Of a stretch of 64,000 nucleotides of DNA, positions 21,275 to 31,017 are shown piece after piece (position 1 is the stretch's first letter; every line of letters starts with the position of its first letter). The notes below the pieces were generated by a model. That model made no database searches and was not told the origin of the DNA. It saw only the letters and a program-made list of their open reading frames with translations. The position numbers were made by a program, and so were the translations under genes. The DNA is from Rubripirellula sp. GTDB lineage: Bacteria > Planctomycetota > Planctomycetia > Pirellulales > Pirellulaceae. The stretch covers positions 5,248,001-5,312,000 of the forward strand of contig OZ244207.1 in assembly GCA_965216875.1 (NCBI GenBank), in the 5' to 3' direction.

Positions 21275-21577
21275 ATGTCCCAAAACGAAGTCACTCCTGG
21301 CATCGCCAACCCTGCGACGGGCATGGCCAATGCGGCGGCAGCCAACTTTTCGGTCGGCCCTGGTTCGAGCGAGTTCGTGGATCGACGTAGTTCCGGTGGA
21401 ACCTCACGTGGACAAGGTGAACGGCGCCAATTCGGCAGCTCGCACACTGGCCTGTCCGATGAAGGTCGCGAACTTGCAGCGGCAATCGACCAGTACAAAA
21501 TTGAACACCATCGCCGCTACCTGACCTGTGACGAAATGCTGGTTGTGCTTGGCGATCTCGGATACAGCAAGAGCTAA
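21275..21577 (+). CDS. Small hypothetical protein with DRR/ERR motifs
   Basis: FVDRRS...GERRQF...ELAAAIDQYK..HHRRYLTCDEML..LGY. Confidence 0.75.
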   Translation: MSQNEVTPGIANPATGMANAAAANFSVGPGSSEFVDRRSSGGTSRGQGERRQFGSSHTGLSDEGRELAAAIDQYKIEHHRRYLTCDEMLVVLGDLGYSKS

Positions 21578-21602
21578 GTACGAATCGTCTGATCCAAGTG
21601 AT

Positions 21603-22544
21603 TCACTTGATCAGCGGCTGCAAGAGTTGTCGACGCGTGACAACTCCTTGCCGCTCGCCCTTCTCATCGACCAAAACGGCAACCTCGCTGCGTGCATCGT
21701 AAAGTCGAAGCAGCAATCCGAGGTGTCGATCGGTCGTTTCCCCAACGATCACATCGCGTGGGTTGAGGTTGGGTTCTTTCAAACAAAGGTCGGCATAGCG
21801 TAGAAACCCGATAATCTTGTCGTCACGGCGAACAAGCACGATCGGATGGTTTCGGCGTCGCGCTTCGCGGCGAGCCAACTTGGGATCGACCGGTTCGTCC
21901 ACCGTCGCAAGCCGATCTGCGGGAACGCCAAACGCCATCGCCGGTTGTTCACCGACGTCAAACAGATTGGTAGCGAGCGTCCGCTGTTTTGCAGCCAAGA
22001 TGCCTGCCTCGTGACCATCACGTAGCACTTGATCAAGCTCATCACGCGCCATCACCAGTCGCAGACGAAACGGGGTTTCACCAGTGATCAATTGCAACAC
22101 GCTGCCCAGCAATCCCAGCACCAACGAAACGGGTGCGAACAACACCGTCGCGACCAACAAAAACGGGCGGGCGGCTCCGATCAAGCGATAGGGCGCGTGG
22201 TAGAAAAGGTACTTCGGTAGCAATTCGCCAAAGACGAACACCAAAGGCGTCAACAAGATTGGCCCTAGCAGATCAGCACTCGTTCCGGGACCGAACATTG
22301 ACGCAACGGCCATCACGATCGCAAAACTCGTCAGGTAGTTCGCGACGTTGTTACCAACGAGTGTTGTGGCGACAAAAATGGCCGGGCGATTCAAGAGCCA
22401 TACGATTCCTTTGGCGGCTGTCGATCCACTCAAGCCATCCATGATCAAACGTGTGCGTGACACACGGTACAGACCGGTTTCGCTTCCGCTGAAAAAGGCG
22501 CTGAGCATCAACCCGACGAAGAACAGGATCACGGCGAGGGTCAT
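21603..22544 (-). CDS. CNNM (DUF21) domain protein, degenerate CBS region
   Basis: LSAFFSGSETG, TTLVGNN, FGELLPK; ATG 22544 overlaps the upstream stop (ATGA). Confidence 0.88.
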   Translation of the reverse strand: MTLAVILFFVGLMLSAFFSGSETGLYRVSRTRLIMDGLSGSTAAKGIVWLLNRPAIFVATTLVGNNVANYLTSFAIVMAVASMFGPGTSADLLGPILLTPLVFVFGELLPKYLFYHAPYRLIGAARPFLLVATVLFAPVSLVLGLLGSVLQLITGETPFRLRLVMARDELDQVLRDGHEAGILAAKQRTLATNLFDVGEQPAMAFGVPADRLATVDEPVDPKLARREARRRNHPIVLVRRDDKIIGFLRYADLCLKEPNLNPRDVIVGETTDRHLGLLLRLYDARSEVAVLVDEKGERQGVVTRRQLLQPLIK

Positions 22545-23803
22545 CGCAGTTCCTCCTTTTGCTCGATGCGTTGCACCTCGACCCACGTTTCCCGGGGACT
22601 CTGTTCGACGATCGCGAGCAAGAACGTCCCGAGCTCGGCCGCATCTCCCACGCGTGGCAAACGCTCGTTGTTGCGTTGAATGAAACCAACCACCGTGGTG
22701 ACCGATTCATCAGGCGTCTCCATCCCCAAACGCTTGGCCAATCGCCGCAAGCTCATCGAACCGAGCACACGAAAGCGGCCGGGAGCGATCTCTTGGAATG
22801 CCGCCTCTTCGATCGATTCGTCGGCTGCGCGGCGTGGGTCGAGCCCGCGACGCAAGATGTCGTCGATCGAAAGTGCGCCGACCACTTCGCCAAATTCATT
22901 GACCACCGCAGCGACCGAACGATTCTCGCGGATCAATTGATCGAGCACTTGCGAAACAAGCGCCGACCAGGGGACGTAGATGACCGGTTCACAATTGCCA
23001 GCGAGATCATCCATCTGACTTGGTCGCAACATGGTGATCGCAACGGAGCCCGTGATGGCGCCACCTTGATCGGTGACCATCAAGTAGCCGCCAGGCGGTG
23101 TCCCGTCGGCGATCGCGTCGATGCTGACATCGGCCGAGACCATGGTCAGCTTGCTGCGTGGACGCATCAGTTCACCGACGCGGGTTTCGGCAAACTCGAC
23201 CAAACCCTTGAGCACTTCCTTTTCGCGTTGGATCATCACCGCGTCGTCCGTCCCCAACTCGATCGCGCGTTCGATGTCTGCCAGATCGATCTCGGTCTCG
23301 GGCTGAAACCCGGGCCAAATCAATCGACTTGCCAACAAGTTCGCTGCGCGCACCACAGGCAAGATTGGGCTGACCAAGCGAACGGCCAACGAGAGTGGTG
23401 GGCCAACCATCATTGACAAACGCACCGGCGCGAGGACCGCGACACTCTTTGGCAACATCTCACTAAAGAAGATGATCGTCAGCAGGCTGACGATCGTAAA
23501 AACGATCGCCGCCGACGGTCCGGCTTCGGGGTCCGCTTCCAACTTTGCACCGATGATCGCGGCGATTGCAAAGTAAAGCATGTTGATCAGCAGATTCCAA
23601 AACAGGATCGCTGAAAGGAGACGTTCTGGATCATCGAGCAGACGCAGCGCGATGCGGCCGCTAACGCCACCGCGCGCCAGTAGGGCGCGTCCACGTTTCT
23701 GGAGTGAAAAAAGTGCGGCCTCACTGCCGCTAAACAGGGCGCTAAAAAGAGTCAGCACCCCCATCGCTAAAAGCCAAAGCCATGCGTCAGCGATCCAGGT
23801 CAA
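22541..23803 (-). CDS. CNNM/hemolysin (DUF21-CBS-CorC/HlyC) family protein
   Basis: SALFSGSEAALFSL, ILFWNLLIN, FSEMLPK, MRPR, VVNEFG, C-terminal TTVVGFI...RLPRVGD. Confidence 0.9.
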   Translation of the reverse strand: MTWIADAWLWLLAMGVLTLFSALFSGSEAALFSLQKRGRALLARGGVSGRIALRLLDDPERLLSAILFWNLLINMLYFAIAAIIGAKLEADPEAGPSAAIVFTIVSLLTIIFFSEMLPKSVAVLAPVRLSMMVGPPLSLAVRLVSPILPVVRAANLLASRLIWPGFQPETEIDLADIERAIELGTDDAVMIQREKEVLKGLVEFAETRVGELMRPRSKLTMVSADVSIDAIADGTPPGGYLMVTDQGGAITGSVAITMLRPSQMDDLAGNCEPVIYVPWSALVSQVLDQLIRENRSVAAVVNEFGEVVGALSIDDILRRGLDPRRAADESIEEAAFQEIAPGRFRVLGSMSLRRLAKRLGMETPDESVTTVVGFIQRNNERLPRVGDAAELGTFLLAIVEQSPRETWVEVQRIEQKEELR

Positions 23804-25569
23804 CCGCCGTCTCCACCAGCCCCGCGATCACGCTCGAGCGAGACATCGAATTCGCTCAGCGCGGGCACCATCATGGCTGCTGTGGTGAACCCATAGCCGA
23901 CAATCAAAGGAAAGACGACCAACAGATGGTCGGTCTGCAGCAAGAACTGGGTGATCACATAAAACGTCACCAGCGGCAACATAAAGGAGGCCGCAAAAAT
24001 GGCGGACGACGGATTACGCCAACCGAGCGATGCAAACAACGCCGCACCGCCACCCAAAATCATGACCAAGAAGGGCGCCAACTGGTACTGAAACGCACCG
24101 CGAAAGCTGACCATGATCGTCATGCAAATCGCGATGCCAACGCACAAGAAAAAGACCGTCCCGAGACTGGCCAACGTCGCCGTGCGTCCCGCGGCATAAT
24201 TCAATCCCGAGTGAATGCCCAACATCGAAACGAAGATGTAAAGCATCGCCCCGCCAACGATCGTGTAGCACATATTCTCGAACGTCATCACATTGGCCTG
24301 CCCCAAATACAGGACCAACAGCAACGGCAGGATGATCATTTCTTTGGCAACGTAAAGCACGCCCAGCAATTTGCCAAAAACAAATTCGCTCGGTCGCAGA
24401 TCCGTGACCAGCAATAGATCGAGTGCTAAACCATCTCGCTCGCCGGTCACCGCGTTGACAGCGAGTGCATTGACCAACACCAGGCTGATCACACCGATCA
24501 TCGCCAGCGGAAGCGTTGCCGAGGGCAGGGCACGTCCGATCCGCGCGGCAGGTTCAAATGCGACTCCCGTCTGAACTTGGTAGTAGACGATCGCTGCAAC
24601 CAAAGCGAACAACAATGCAAAGGCGACGCGGATCACGACCACTTTGCGGCCGTAGGCCCAGGTCCGAATCTCGCGCCAAAGGATGGGATTGTTCCAAACC
24701 GGACGTGGCGCGCGTACTTTCCAGCTCGTCGGCGTTGCCTCTGATTCGGCCTCTTCACCCGTTTCGGGCTCGGGCGCTTTCATGCGAACTTCGCGCGACG
24801 GGTTCCAAACTCGCACCCGCGCCACACCAAGGGCCACGACAAGAATCGCCAGCGTGACGGTAACGCCCACGAACATACTGACGGCCGTTGCCACTTCCGC
24901 GTTCAAACTTGCCATCGGCGAAGCCACGGCGAACAAAGCTCCCGCGGGGCTAAGAACCAAACGCAAAGCTGCTGGTACCGCATCGATACGACTGACCACC
25001 TCGCCGACCACGACGTACATCAACAGCAGCAATACGGTCAACGCGATCGCTTGGAACGTTTTCTCACGCCACATGCCCACGACCGTTCCAATCGACCCGG
25101 CAAAGACGACCGTTGCTGCGGTGACCGCGTAAACCCCGAGCACTTGGCCTGGCGAAACGCCGCCGAACAGTGGCAGCGTCAACATGAGCGGCAAGCTGCA
25201 GACCAACAGCGATAGAGGCGCAAGCAGCGTTGCGGTTAGTTTTCCGGCAACGACTTCGAATCCGGAGAGCCGAGTCAGCAACAGCAAGATCAGCGTTCGA
25301 CGATCCTTTTCCTGAGCCACACTGCTGGCCGCCCCGACGGCCGCGAGACTGCTCAGGATCAACAGCTGGAGTGGGGCGAGGATCGTAAACATCCACCCAC
25401 CGAATCTTGCCGCATCCGAGGCGGTTGCAAGTGAGCGGGCACCATCGAGCACCAGGTAACCGGTGGCCAAAAGAGTGAAAAGCGAAAGCACGTAAACCGC
25501 ACGAGCCAAGTAGGTCTTTGGCCGTTTGGGGACGATGATCGCCTCACGGTTGAAAATCGGTCCAAGCAT
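23800..25569 (-). CDS. ABC-2-type transporter permease with duplicated membrane domain
   Basis: GPIFNRE; EKDRRTLILLLLT...VAGKL; NPILWRE; ERDGLALDLLLVT...FGKL. Confidence 0.85.
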   Translation of the reverse strand: MLGPIFNREAIIVPKRPKTYLARAVYVLSLFTLLATGYLVLDGARSLATASDAARFGGWMFTILAPLQLLILSSLAAVGAASSVAQEKDRRTLILLLLTRLSGFEVVAGKLTATLLAPLSLLVCSLPLMLTLPLFGGVSPGQVLGVYAVTAATVVFAGSIGTVVGMWREKTFQAIALTVLLLLMYVVVGEVVSRIDAVPAALRLVLSPAGALFAVASPMASLNAEVATAVSMFVGVTVTLAILVVALGVARVRVWNPSREVRMKAPEPETGEEAESEATPTSWKVRAPRPVWNNPILWREIRTWAYGRKVVVIRVAFALLFALVAAIVYYQVQTGVAFEPAARIGRALPSATLPLAMIGVISLVLVNALAVNAVTGERDGLALDLLLVTDLRPSEFVFGKLLGVLYVAKEMIILPLLLVLYLGQANVMTFENMCYTIVGGAMLYIFVSMLGIHSGLNYAAGRTATLASLGTVFFLCVGIAICMTIMVSFRGAFQYQLAPFLVMILGGGAALFASLGWRNPSSAIFAASFMLPLVTFYVITQFLLQTDHLLVVFPLIVGYGFTTAAMMVPALSEFDVSLERDRGAGGDGG

Positions 25570-25992
25570 CGATGTCTGCCGTGATTGGGCGGTATTTCGC
25601 TGAGGGTATTGCCGGGGGGTTTGGTCGACTCTGCCAATCCGGACGGCGCGGCTGAGACGTCGATATGACTAATAGGGTACCCAGAACGGTTTGGTTCATC
25701 ACCCGGTCCACCGAAGTACCGCAATGCCCCTTTTTTTTCTCCAACCGCTACAAACCGAACAACGATCATCCCAGAGGGTGGTATCAGAGCGAAGTGACGT
25801 CATTTGTGCCGCATTGCGGCGTTTCACACCGCCGGCGCACTATGGTTCCAGTACGGGGACGTTCTGCGTCATGCACCCAACACCGTGCATCGTCACGTTG
25901 CAACTCGGGTCATCGACGGGGGAACACAAACGCCCGGGATCAGAACAACGCGGAACCTCACACGCCACAGCTGTCCCACCAAAGCAACCACA

Positions 25993-26184
25993 ATGTTCAA
26001 ACCATCCTTTGCCCGAACGATCGAGTTCTTTCAAGAAGAAGATGCTGCAACCGCCGTCGAGTACGCGGTCATGTTGGCATTGATCATCGTTGTCTGTGCT
26101 GCGTCGGTCACCACGTTGGCGACTCGCACCAAGGAGAGCTTTGATACCTCAGGAGCCGCCATCTCGGGCGCGTGGGGCAACTGA
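25993..26184 (+). CDS. Flp family type IVb pilin
   Basis: FFQEEDAATAVEYAVMLALIIVVC Flp motif (E+5, Y+6); 63 aa. Confidence 0.88.
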   Translation: MFKPSFARTIEFFQEEDAATAVEYAVMLALIIVVCAASVTTLATRTKESFDTSGAAISGAWGN

Positions 26185-26244
26185 TGCTCACAGCTTGGAA
26201 GCAAGCTTCCAAGACGGAATGGATCGATCCAGGGGGGATCATCA

Positions 26245-26781
26245 ATGGTACTGCTGCGACACAAACTGTTCGTCGATGGTGACATCCAAGGCCTGCTGCT
26301 AAGACGCGTCGGCCTCTATGGCTTTGCGTGCAGTCTCTATTTCGCGATCATCCTGTTGCTTGCCGAGTCGATGGCGCACCCGGACGAACCTTGGCTCGAT
26401 GGTGTGTTTCGAGCGTTCGATGAAGCAATCTACTGGGTCCCAGGGCTCGCCGTCCTCGCCCCGATCATTGCTTACGACCTGTTACGCGTCAGCAACCGGT
26501 TTGTGGGCCCGATGTTCCGCCTTCGCCGCGAACTACGTCGACTGGCCAAAGGGGAATCGGTTGAAAACCTGACCTTCCGAGAGGACGACTACTGGTGCGA
26601 AATGGCAGACCTGTTCAACCAAGTACGCGGCGAAATGGAACAGCTGCGCACTTTGCAAAAGGCCCTTGAATCCGTACCAGCAGACGACAACGCCACCGAA
26701 GAGAGTGTGCCGACCCAAAGTCGCCTTTTTCACACCGACGAGGACGACGCGCCAAACTTCTTGGCCGCCAACGAAGCCTAG
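26245..26781 (+). CDS. Hypothetical membrane protein (2 TM plus HAMP-like segment)
   Basis: RHKLFVD..IQG.LLRR; two hydrophobic segments; SNRFVGPMFRLRR...FREDDYW.EMAD.FN. Confidence 0.75.
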   Translation: MVLLRHKLFVDGDIQGLLLRRVGLYGFACSLYFAIILLLAESMAHPDEPWLDGVFRAFDEAIYWVPGLAVLAPIIAYDLLRVSNRFVGPMFRLRRELRRLAKGESVENLTFREDDYWCEMADLFNQVRGEMEQLRTLQKALESVPADDNATEESVPTQSRLFHTDEDDAPNFLAANEA

Positions 26782-27006
26782 TCGTCGCAAGCGGTAGACA
26801 GCCACAGGGTTCCCGCTGGGCCGCCACTGCGTTTTTTTCTTATCAACTGCGTGCGGTGGCCCCTCAACTGACCACGCAAAGACAAGCGATTCCCCGCTAT
26901 ACTCTTGCTGCTTGAGCCGAGAGCCACCCCCATGGCGAGCCGGCGAAAGCAGATTGGCCTATGGATTGGTTAGTGATGGCGTGCACTGGATGAGGGTCAT
27001 CTTGTC

Positions 27007-29064
27007 GTGAAGTTTTTGTTTGAATCGGTTTCCGAAGGCAGCTGTCTGCTGAATCTTGACGCGAGGGAAATGGATGAAATCATCCAAGCCTCGGTCGATT
27101 TTCTCGTGCAAACGGGTCGCCTGCCGGAAGAACAGCGTGATCATGTCCTCGAAGGGATTTTGGAACGAGAACGAACCGTGCCCACCGTCATCGGGCATGC
27201 CTTCGCCGTCCCTCACTTCTACGACGATACCATCGAAAAACCGGCGTTGGTTTTTGTTCGGTTGCGGCACGCGGTCAATCTGGGCGCTCCCGACGGCATC
27301 GCCACCCGATACGTCTTCTTGATGATCGGCTCTCGGGCACAGACACAACAGCATCTCGATCTGTTGTCGTCGATCGCCCGATTGATGTCCGACAACGTCT
27401 TTCATTTCGAAGCGACCTACGCCAAGACTCAACAAGACGTCCTCGATGCGATCGAGCGGCACGTCAACCGCAACGTGTTGGCGGCTCCGCCCAAACCGCG
27501 GACGGTCAGCGAAGGCTTGCAGGCTGAAGCCAAGCCGCTTTCCGGGATTGTCGGCGACTTGAGGAGGCGATTGCCTCACCTTGTCGATGACTTCCGCAGC
27601 GGACTGCAGGGAAAATGCGTCGCCTCGATCATCTTCCTTTTCTTTGCCTGCCTCGCCCCAGCGATCACCTTTGGCGGGATCATGGGGATCGCGACCGGGG
27701 GCCAAATCGGCGCCTCGGAGATGCTGCTCGCTTCTGCTGCGTGCGGGATCCTGTATGCGATTTTCGCTGGTCAGCCGCTCATCATCCTGGGCGGGATCGG
27801 GCCGTTGCTGATCTTCACCATCATCCTGTACAGGTTATGCGGTGACTTCGGGCTCGAGAACCAGTTCCTGGGGGTCTACGGCTGGGTCGGGATCTGGACG
27901 TCCGTCTTGACCGTTGTGCTTGGCATCACCAACGCCAGCAATCTGATGCGGTTCTTTACTCGGTTTACCGATGAAATCTTTTCGGTACTGATGTCGCTGA
28001 TCTTTATCTATGAAGCCTTCAAAGCGATCGTCATCAGCTTTCAAGAAACCAAAGAGCTCGACTATGAAAGTGCGTTCCTCGCACTGATCCTGGCCCTTGG
28101 CACGTTCTACATCGCGATGACGCTGGCGGGGATTCGCCGCAGTAATTACCTGTTCCCGTGGATGCGTGAGTTCCTGGCCGACTTTGGACCGTCGATCGCC
28201 CTGGTCTGCATGGCTCTTGTCGCGTTCTTCTTCAGCGACGGTGTCGACCTGAAAACACTCGAAGTGGGTGCAGGAGGCATCGGCACCACAAGCGGCCGGC
28301 CTTGGCTGGTCGATCTGGGGAGCGTGCCGGTTTGGGTGCGGTTCGCAGCCATCGGGCCCGCGGCTCTGGCGACCGTGCTGGTCTTCCTTTCACAGAACAT
28401 CTCCGCCCGATTGGTCAACAGTCCACAGAACAAGTTGGTCAAAGGCGAATCCTATCACTGGGACCTGACCCTGGTCGGACTCTTGATTGGTGGTTGCTCG
28501 TTCTTTGGGTTTCCTTGGCTGGTTGCGGCGACCGTCCGCTCACTCGCCCATGTTCGGGCACTCGCCGACGTAGAAGAAATCATCGACGGTGGCGGCAACA
28601 AACGTGAACAGATCATTCACGTGACCGAGAACCGCGTCACAGGTCTCGCGATTCATCTCTTGATTGCGGCAGCCCTGTTCGTGTTACCGCTATTGAAATA
28701 CGTCCCGATGGCGGCCCTGTACGGCATCTTCCTGTACATGGGCTTTGTATCGCTGCGTGGCGTTCAGTTCGTCGAACGGTTGGGACTTTGGATCACCGAC
28801 TCGTCGATGTACCCGCTGAATCACTACACACGGCGCGTTCCGATCAAGACGATCCACCTGTTTACGTTCATACAGTTCGTCTGCCTTGCGATCCTTTGCG
28901 TGATCAATGTCAGCCCGTTTAAGCCAGTCCAGATTCTCTTCCCGGTCTTCATCGCATTGCTTGTCCCGGTGCGATGGTGGATCACTCGCTTCTTCGAGTC
29001 CGACCATCTGGCATTCCTCGACGCCGACGAAGAACCCGAAGCCGAAGAATCGCACTGGTTCTAA
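27007..29064 (+). CDS. SLC4/Band-3-like anion (HCO3-/borate) transporter with N-terminal PTS EIIA-2 domain
   Basis: EIIA motif ERERTVPTVIGHAFAVPH; SLC4 motifs FLFFACLAPAITFGG, FTRFTDEIF..LMSLIFIYEA, GFPWLVAATVRSLAHVRAL, ENRVTG, YGIFLYMG. Confidence 0.92.
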   Translation: MKFLFESVSEGSCLLNLDAREMDEIIQASVDFLVQTGRLPEEQRDHVLEGILERERTVPTVIGHAFAVPHFYDDTIEKPALVFVRLRHAVNLGAPDGIATRYVFLMIGSRAQTQQHLDLLSSIARLMSDNVFHFEATYAKTQQDVLDAIERHVNRNVLAAPPKPRTVSEGLQAEAKPLSGIVGDLRRRLPHLVDDFRSGLQGKCVASIIFLFFACLAPAITFGGIMGIATGGQIGASEMLLASAACGILYAIFAGQPLIILGGIGPLLIFTIILYRLCGDFGLENQFLGVYGWVGIWTSVLTVVLGITNASNLMRFFTRFTDEIFSVLMSLIFIYEAFKAIVISFQETKELDYESAFLALILALGTFYIAMTLAGIRRSNYLFPWMREFLADFGPSIALVCMALVAFFFSDGVDLKTLEVGAGGIGTTSGRPWLVDLGSVPVWVRFAAIGPAALATVLVFLSQNISARLVNSPQNKLVKGESYHWDLTLVGLLIGGCSFFGFPWLVAATVRSLAHVRALADVEEIIDGGGNKREQIIHVTENRVTGLAIHLLIAAALFVLPLLKYVPMAALYGIFLYMGFVSLRGVQFVERLGLWITDSSMYPLNHYTRRVPIKTIHLFTFIQFVCLAILCVINVSPFKPVQILFPVFIALLVPVRWWITRFFESDHLAFLDADEEPEAEESHWF

Positions 29065-29068
29065 GAAA

Positions 29069-29299
29069 GTAGGGTGTGTGCTTGCACGCACCACCCACTC
29101 AAGAAACGAGGATGGCCACAAAAAGCACAAAAGAACACGAAAAGAAGGTTGCAGGTCTTTTCGTGACTTCTTGTGTTTTTCGTGGCTCACATCGGCAGTC
29201 GTTTCCCGGCACGCCGCAACTGCGAAACGCGCGAACGCTACTTTCGGCGGAGCGATCGGCGAGAATGGTCCATCGGGTGCGTGCTTGCACGCTCCCGAC
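29069..29299. repeat. Nested REP cluster
   Basis: GTAGGGTGTGTGCTTGCACGCACC (29069) and inverted GGTGCGTGCTTGCACGCTCCCGAC (~29276-29299) enclose the A-rich hairpin GCCACAAAAAGCACAAAAGAACACGAAAAGA...TCTTTTCGTGACTTCTTGTGTTTTTCGTGGC. Confidence 0.82.
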
Positions 29300-29324
29300 G
29301 AAAACTGGCACAGCTTCCTGGTGG

Positions 29325-30131
29325 CTATTTCTTGCGACGGCGGTACCAGACAACGGCGCCGCCGAGCAAAGCGAGAACACCTAGGCTACCTGGCTCAGGC
29401 ACGCGGGCGGCCTCGAATTGAATGTCGTCGATCGCCACGTAGGTTGGCGTGTTGATGCCGAACGACCCAACGTCGGTGCTGGTGAATTCAATCCCAATGC
29501 GGGTTGCTTCGCCCAGCGATGTCAGGTCGACCCGTTGCCAATCCTCGACAATGAAATCGTTCGCAGGGTCGGCAAAACGATAGTCAGCCAAAATGTGCTC
29601 GACGAATCCGCCACCACCCGGTGTGAGGTCATTGAATCGCACCGTAAACAGGTCGGGCTCAGCTCCAGTGGGACCACCAAACGGATCCGCAAAGGCGTTG
29701 CCAAATTCCAAGATGAAGGCAGCGGTCGCTGTGTTGGTAACCCACAACGAGTCGAAGAACATCCCGCTCGGTGCTTCCATCACCGCCGTGTTGGGACTGA
29801 ACGAGTTTGCGACGGCCCAAGTGGACGAACCACCAACGCCGGCGCGCGGCTCCGAGGTCGTATCGTTGTCGTCGTTGAATTCCGCAAAGCCACCCGATGC
29901 ATGCGACGTGCGGTTGGAGTAGGCGAAGCCGTTCCAACTCTGAAAGGTGGGATCGTAATTGTTGTTGAAGCTGGCGCCATTCTCACTGAAACCGCCAGCG
30001 GCGTCGGCACCCACGTAGGCACTATCAGGTGAAAGGCCGGCGCCGAGCGTTTCGAAATCGACCACGGTGGTCGACCAACCGATCGGTTGGATCAAAAGAA
30101 CGCCTAGCACCATCAAAAAGATCCGAGGCAT
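29325..30131 (-). CDS. DUF4465 domain protein with PEP-CTERM sorting signal
   Basis: Signal peptide; VVDFE...FNNNY...WNGFAYSN...GINTPTYVAIDDI (DUF4465-like); VPEPGSLGVLALLGGAVVWYRRRKK. Confidence 0.85.
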   Translation of the reverse strand: MPRIFLMVLGVLLIQPIGWSTTVVDFETLGAGLSPDSAYVGADAAGGFSENGASFNNNYDPTFQSWNGFAYSNRTSHASGGFAEFNDDNDTTSEPRAGVGGSSTWAVANSFSPNTAVMEAPSGMFFDSLWVTNTATAAFILEFGNAFADPFGGPTGAEPDLFTVRFNDLTPGGGGFVEHILADYRFADPANDFIVEDWQRVDLTSLGEATRIGIEFTSTDVGSFGINTPTYVAIDDIQFEAARVPEPGSLGVLALLGGAVVWYRRRKK

Positions 30132-30182
30132 GGTTTATGAACTCCCATTAAGGACTTGAAGCAAATCGTGTTGTGTTTGTGG

Positions 30183-30977
30183 TTAGAACGTGTCGGCCGG
30201 AATGACTTCGTGGCCAGCACGCGTAATTAATTGTCCGAGCACTTGAGTATCGATCGACTCGTTAAGCAAATGTGTCGACCCATCAAGCAACAGCACCATC
30301 GCGCCGGCCGGATGAAGTGATCGGATTTCGTTGTCGCCGATCCAGACGTTCTTGTCGTTGATCGGATGCGCCTGAACAAAAACGTTGCCGCCGTTGATCC
30401 ATTGGCTTTCCAAACTGAGCATGTCTTCGCCAGTCGCCATCGTGTTCGACAGGCCATCGATGCAATCGCGAAAGGCAATCTCTTTGTCGTAAAGGAAGAC
30501 GCCGTCATCGGGGCGACGGTCGACCAGGCGTTCGCCGAACAGGCCACCATAGGTGATTTCGCCACGCGGCCCGTCCTTTGGAATCGCGGTGGGACAAAGG
30601 TAGGCCTCGACGGGCGTCGCGGCCGCTTCGGCGTTGTCGGGATGGTCGTAGGCGAGATCAAAATCGACCGCTTCGTACAACGGTTGGTGCCCCATTTGAG
30701 GCAAGATCTGGGCCGACCAAGCGATCTGCTTGCGCGTGTCGGGTTGGCCCCAACCGCGTCGCTCGATGCACCCGATCGGCAGCGTGCGATGCAAGTTGTG
30801 ATACGCGTGAAGTGCCAAACCAATTTGATGCTGGTTGTTGCGACAGCTGGTTTGCCGAGCCGATTCGCGCGCAAACTGAACCGCCGGCAGGAGCAATCCG
30901 ACCAGGATGCCGATGATCGCGATCGAAACGAGTAGTTCGACCAACGTAAATGCGGTGCGGTGACCTCTTTGGCCCAT
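30183..30977 (-). CDS. DUF1559 family prepilin-type N-terminal cleavage/methylation protein
   Basis: AFTLVELLVSIAIIGILVGLLLPAVQFARESARQTSCRNN; H-X9-DG motif HPAGAMVLLLDG. Confidence 0.93.
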   Translation of the reverse strand: MGQRGHRTAFTLVELLVSIAIIGILVGLLLPAVQFARESARQTSCRNNQHQIGLALHAYHNLHRTLPIGCIERRGWGQPDTRKQIAWSAQILPQMGHQPLYEAVDFDLAYDHPDNAEAAATPVEAYLCPTAIPKDGPRGEITYGGLFGERLVDRRPDDGVFLYDKEIAFRDCIDGLSNTMATGEDMLSLESQWINGGNVFVQAHPINDKNVWIGDNEIRSLHPAGAMVLLLDGSTHLLNESIDTQVLGQLITRAGHEVIPADTF

Positions 30978-31017
30978 GAATCAACCCGGCAGTGAAAATT
31001 GCGCAGGATCAATCGGT

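Noticed and set aside
26972..27006. AGTGATGGCGTGCACT upstream of the anion transporter resembles the 5' half of a fluoride (crcB) riboswitch
   Set aside because: The downstream AAYCGC...GCTRATGAC pseudoknot partner is missing before the start codon; an Rfam crcB scan would settle it
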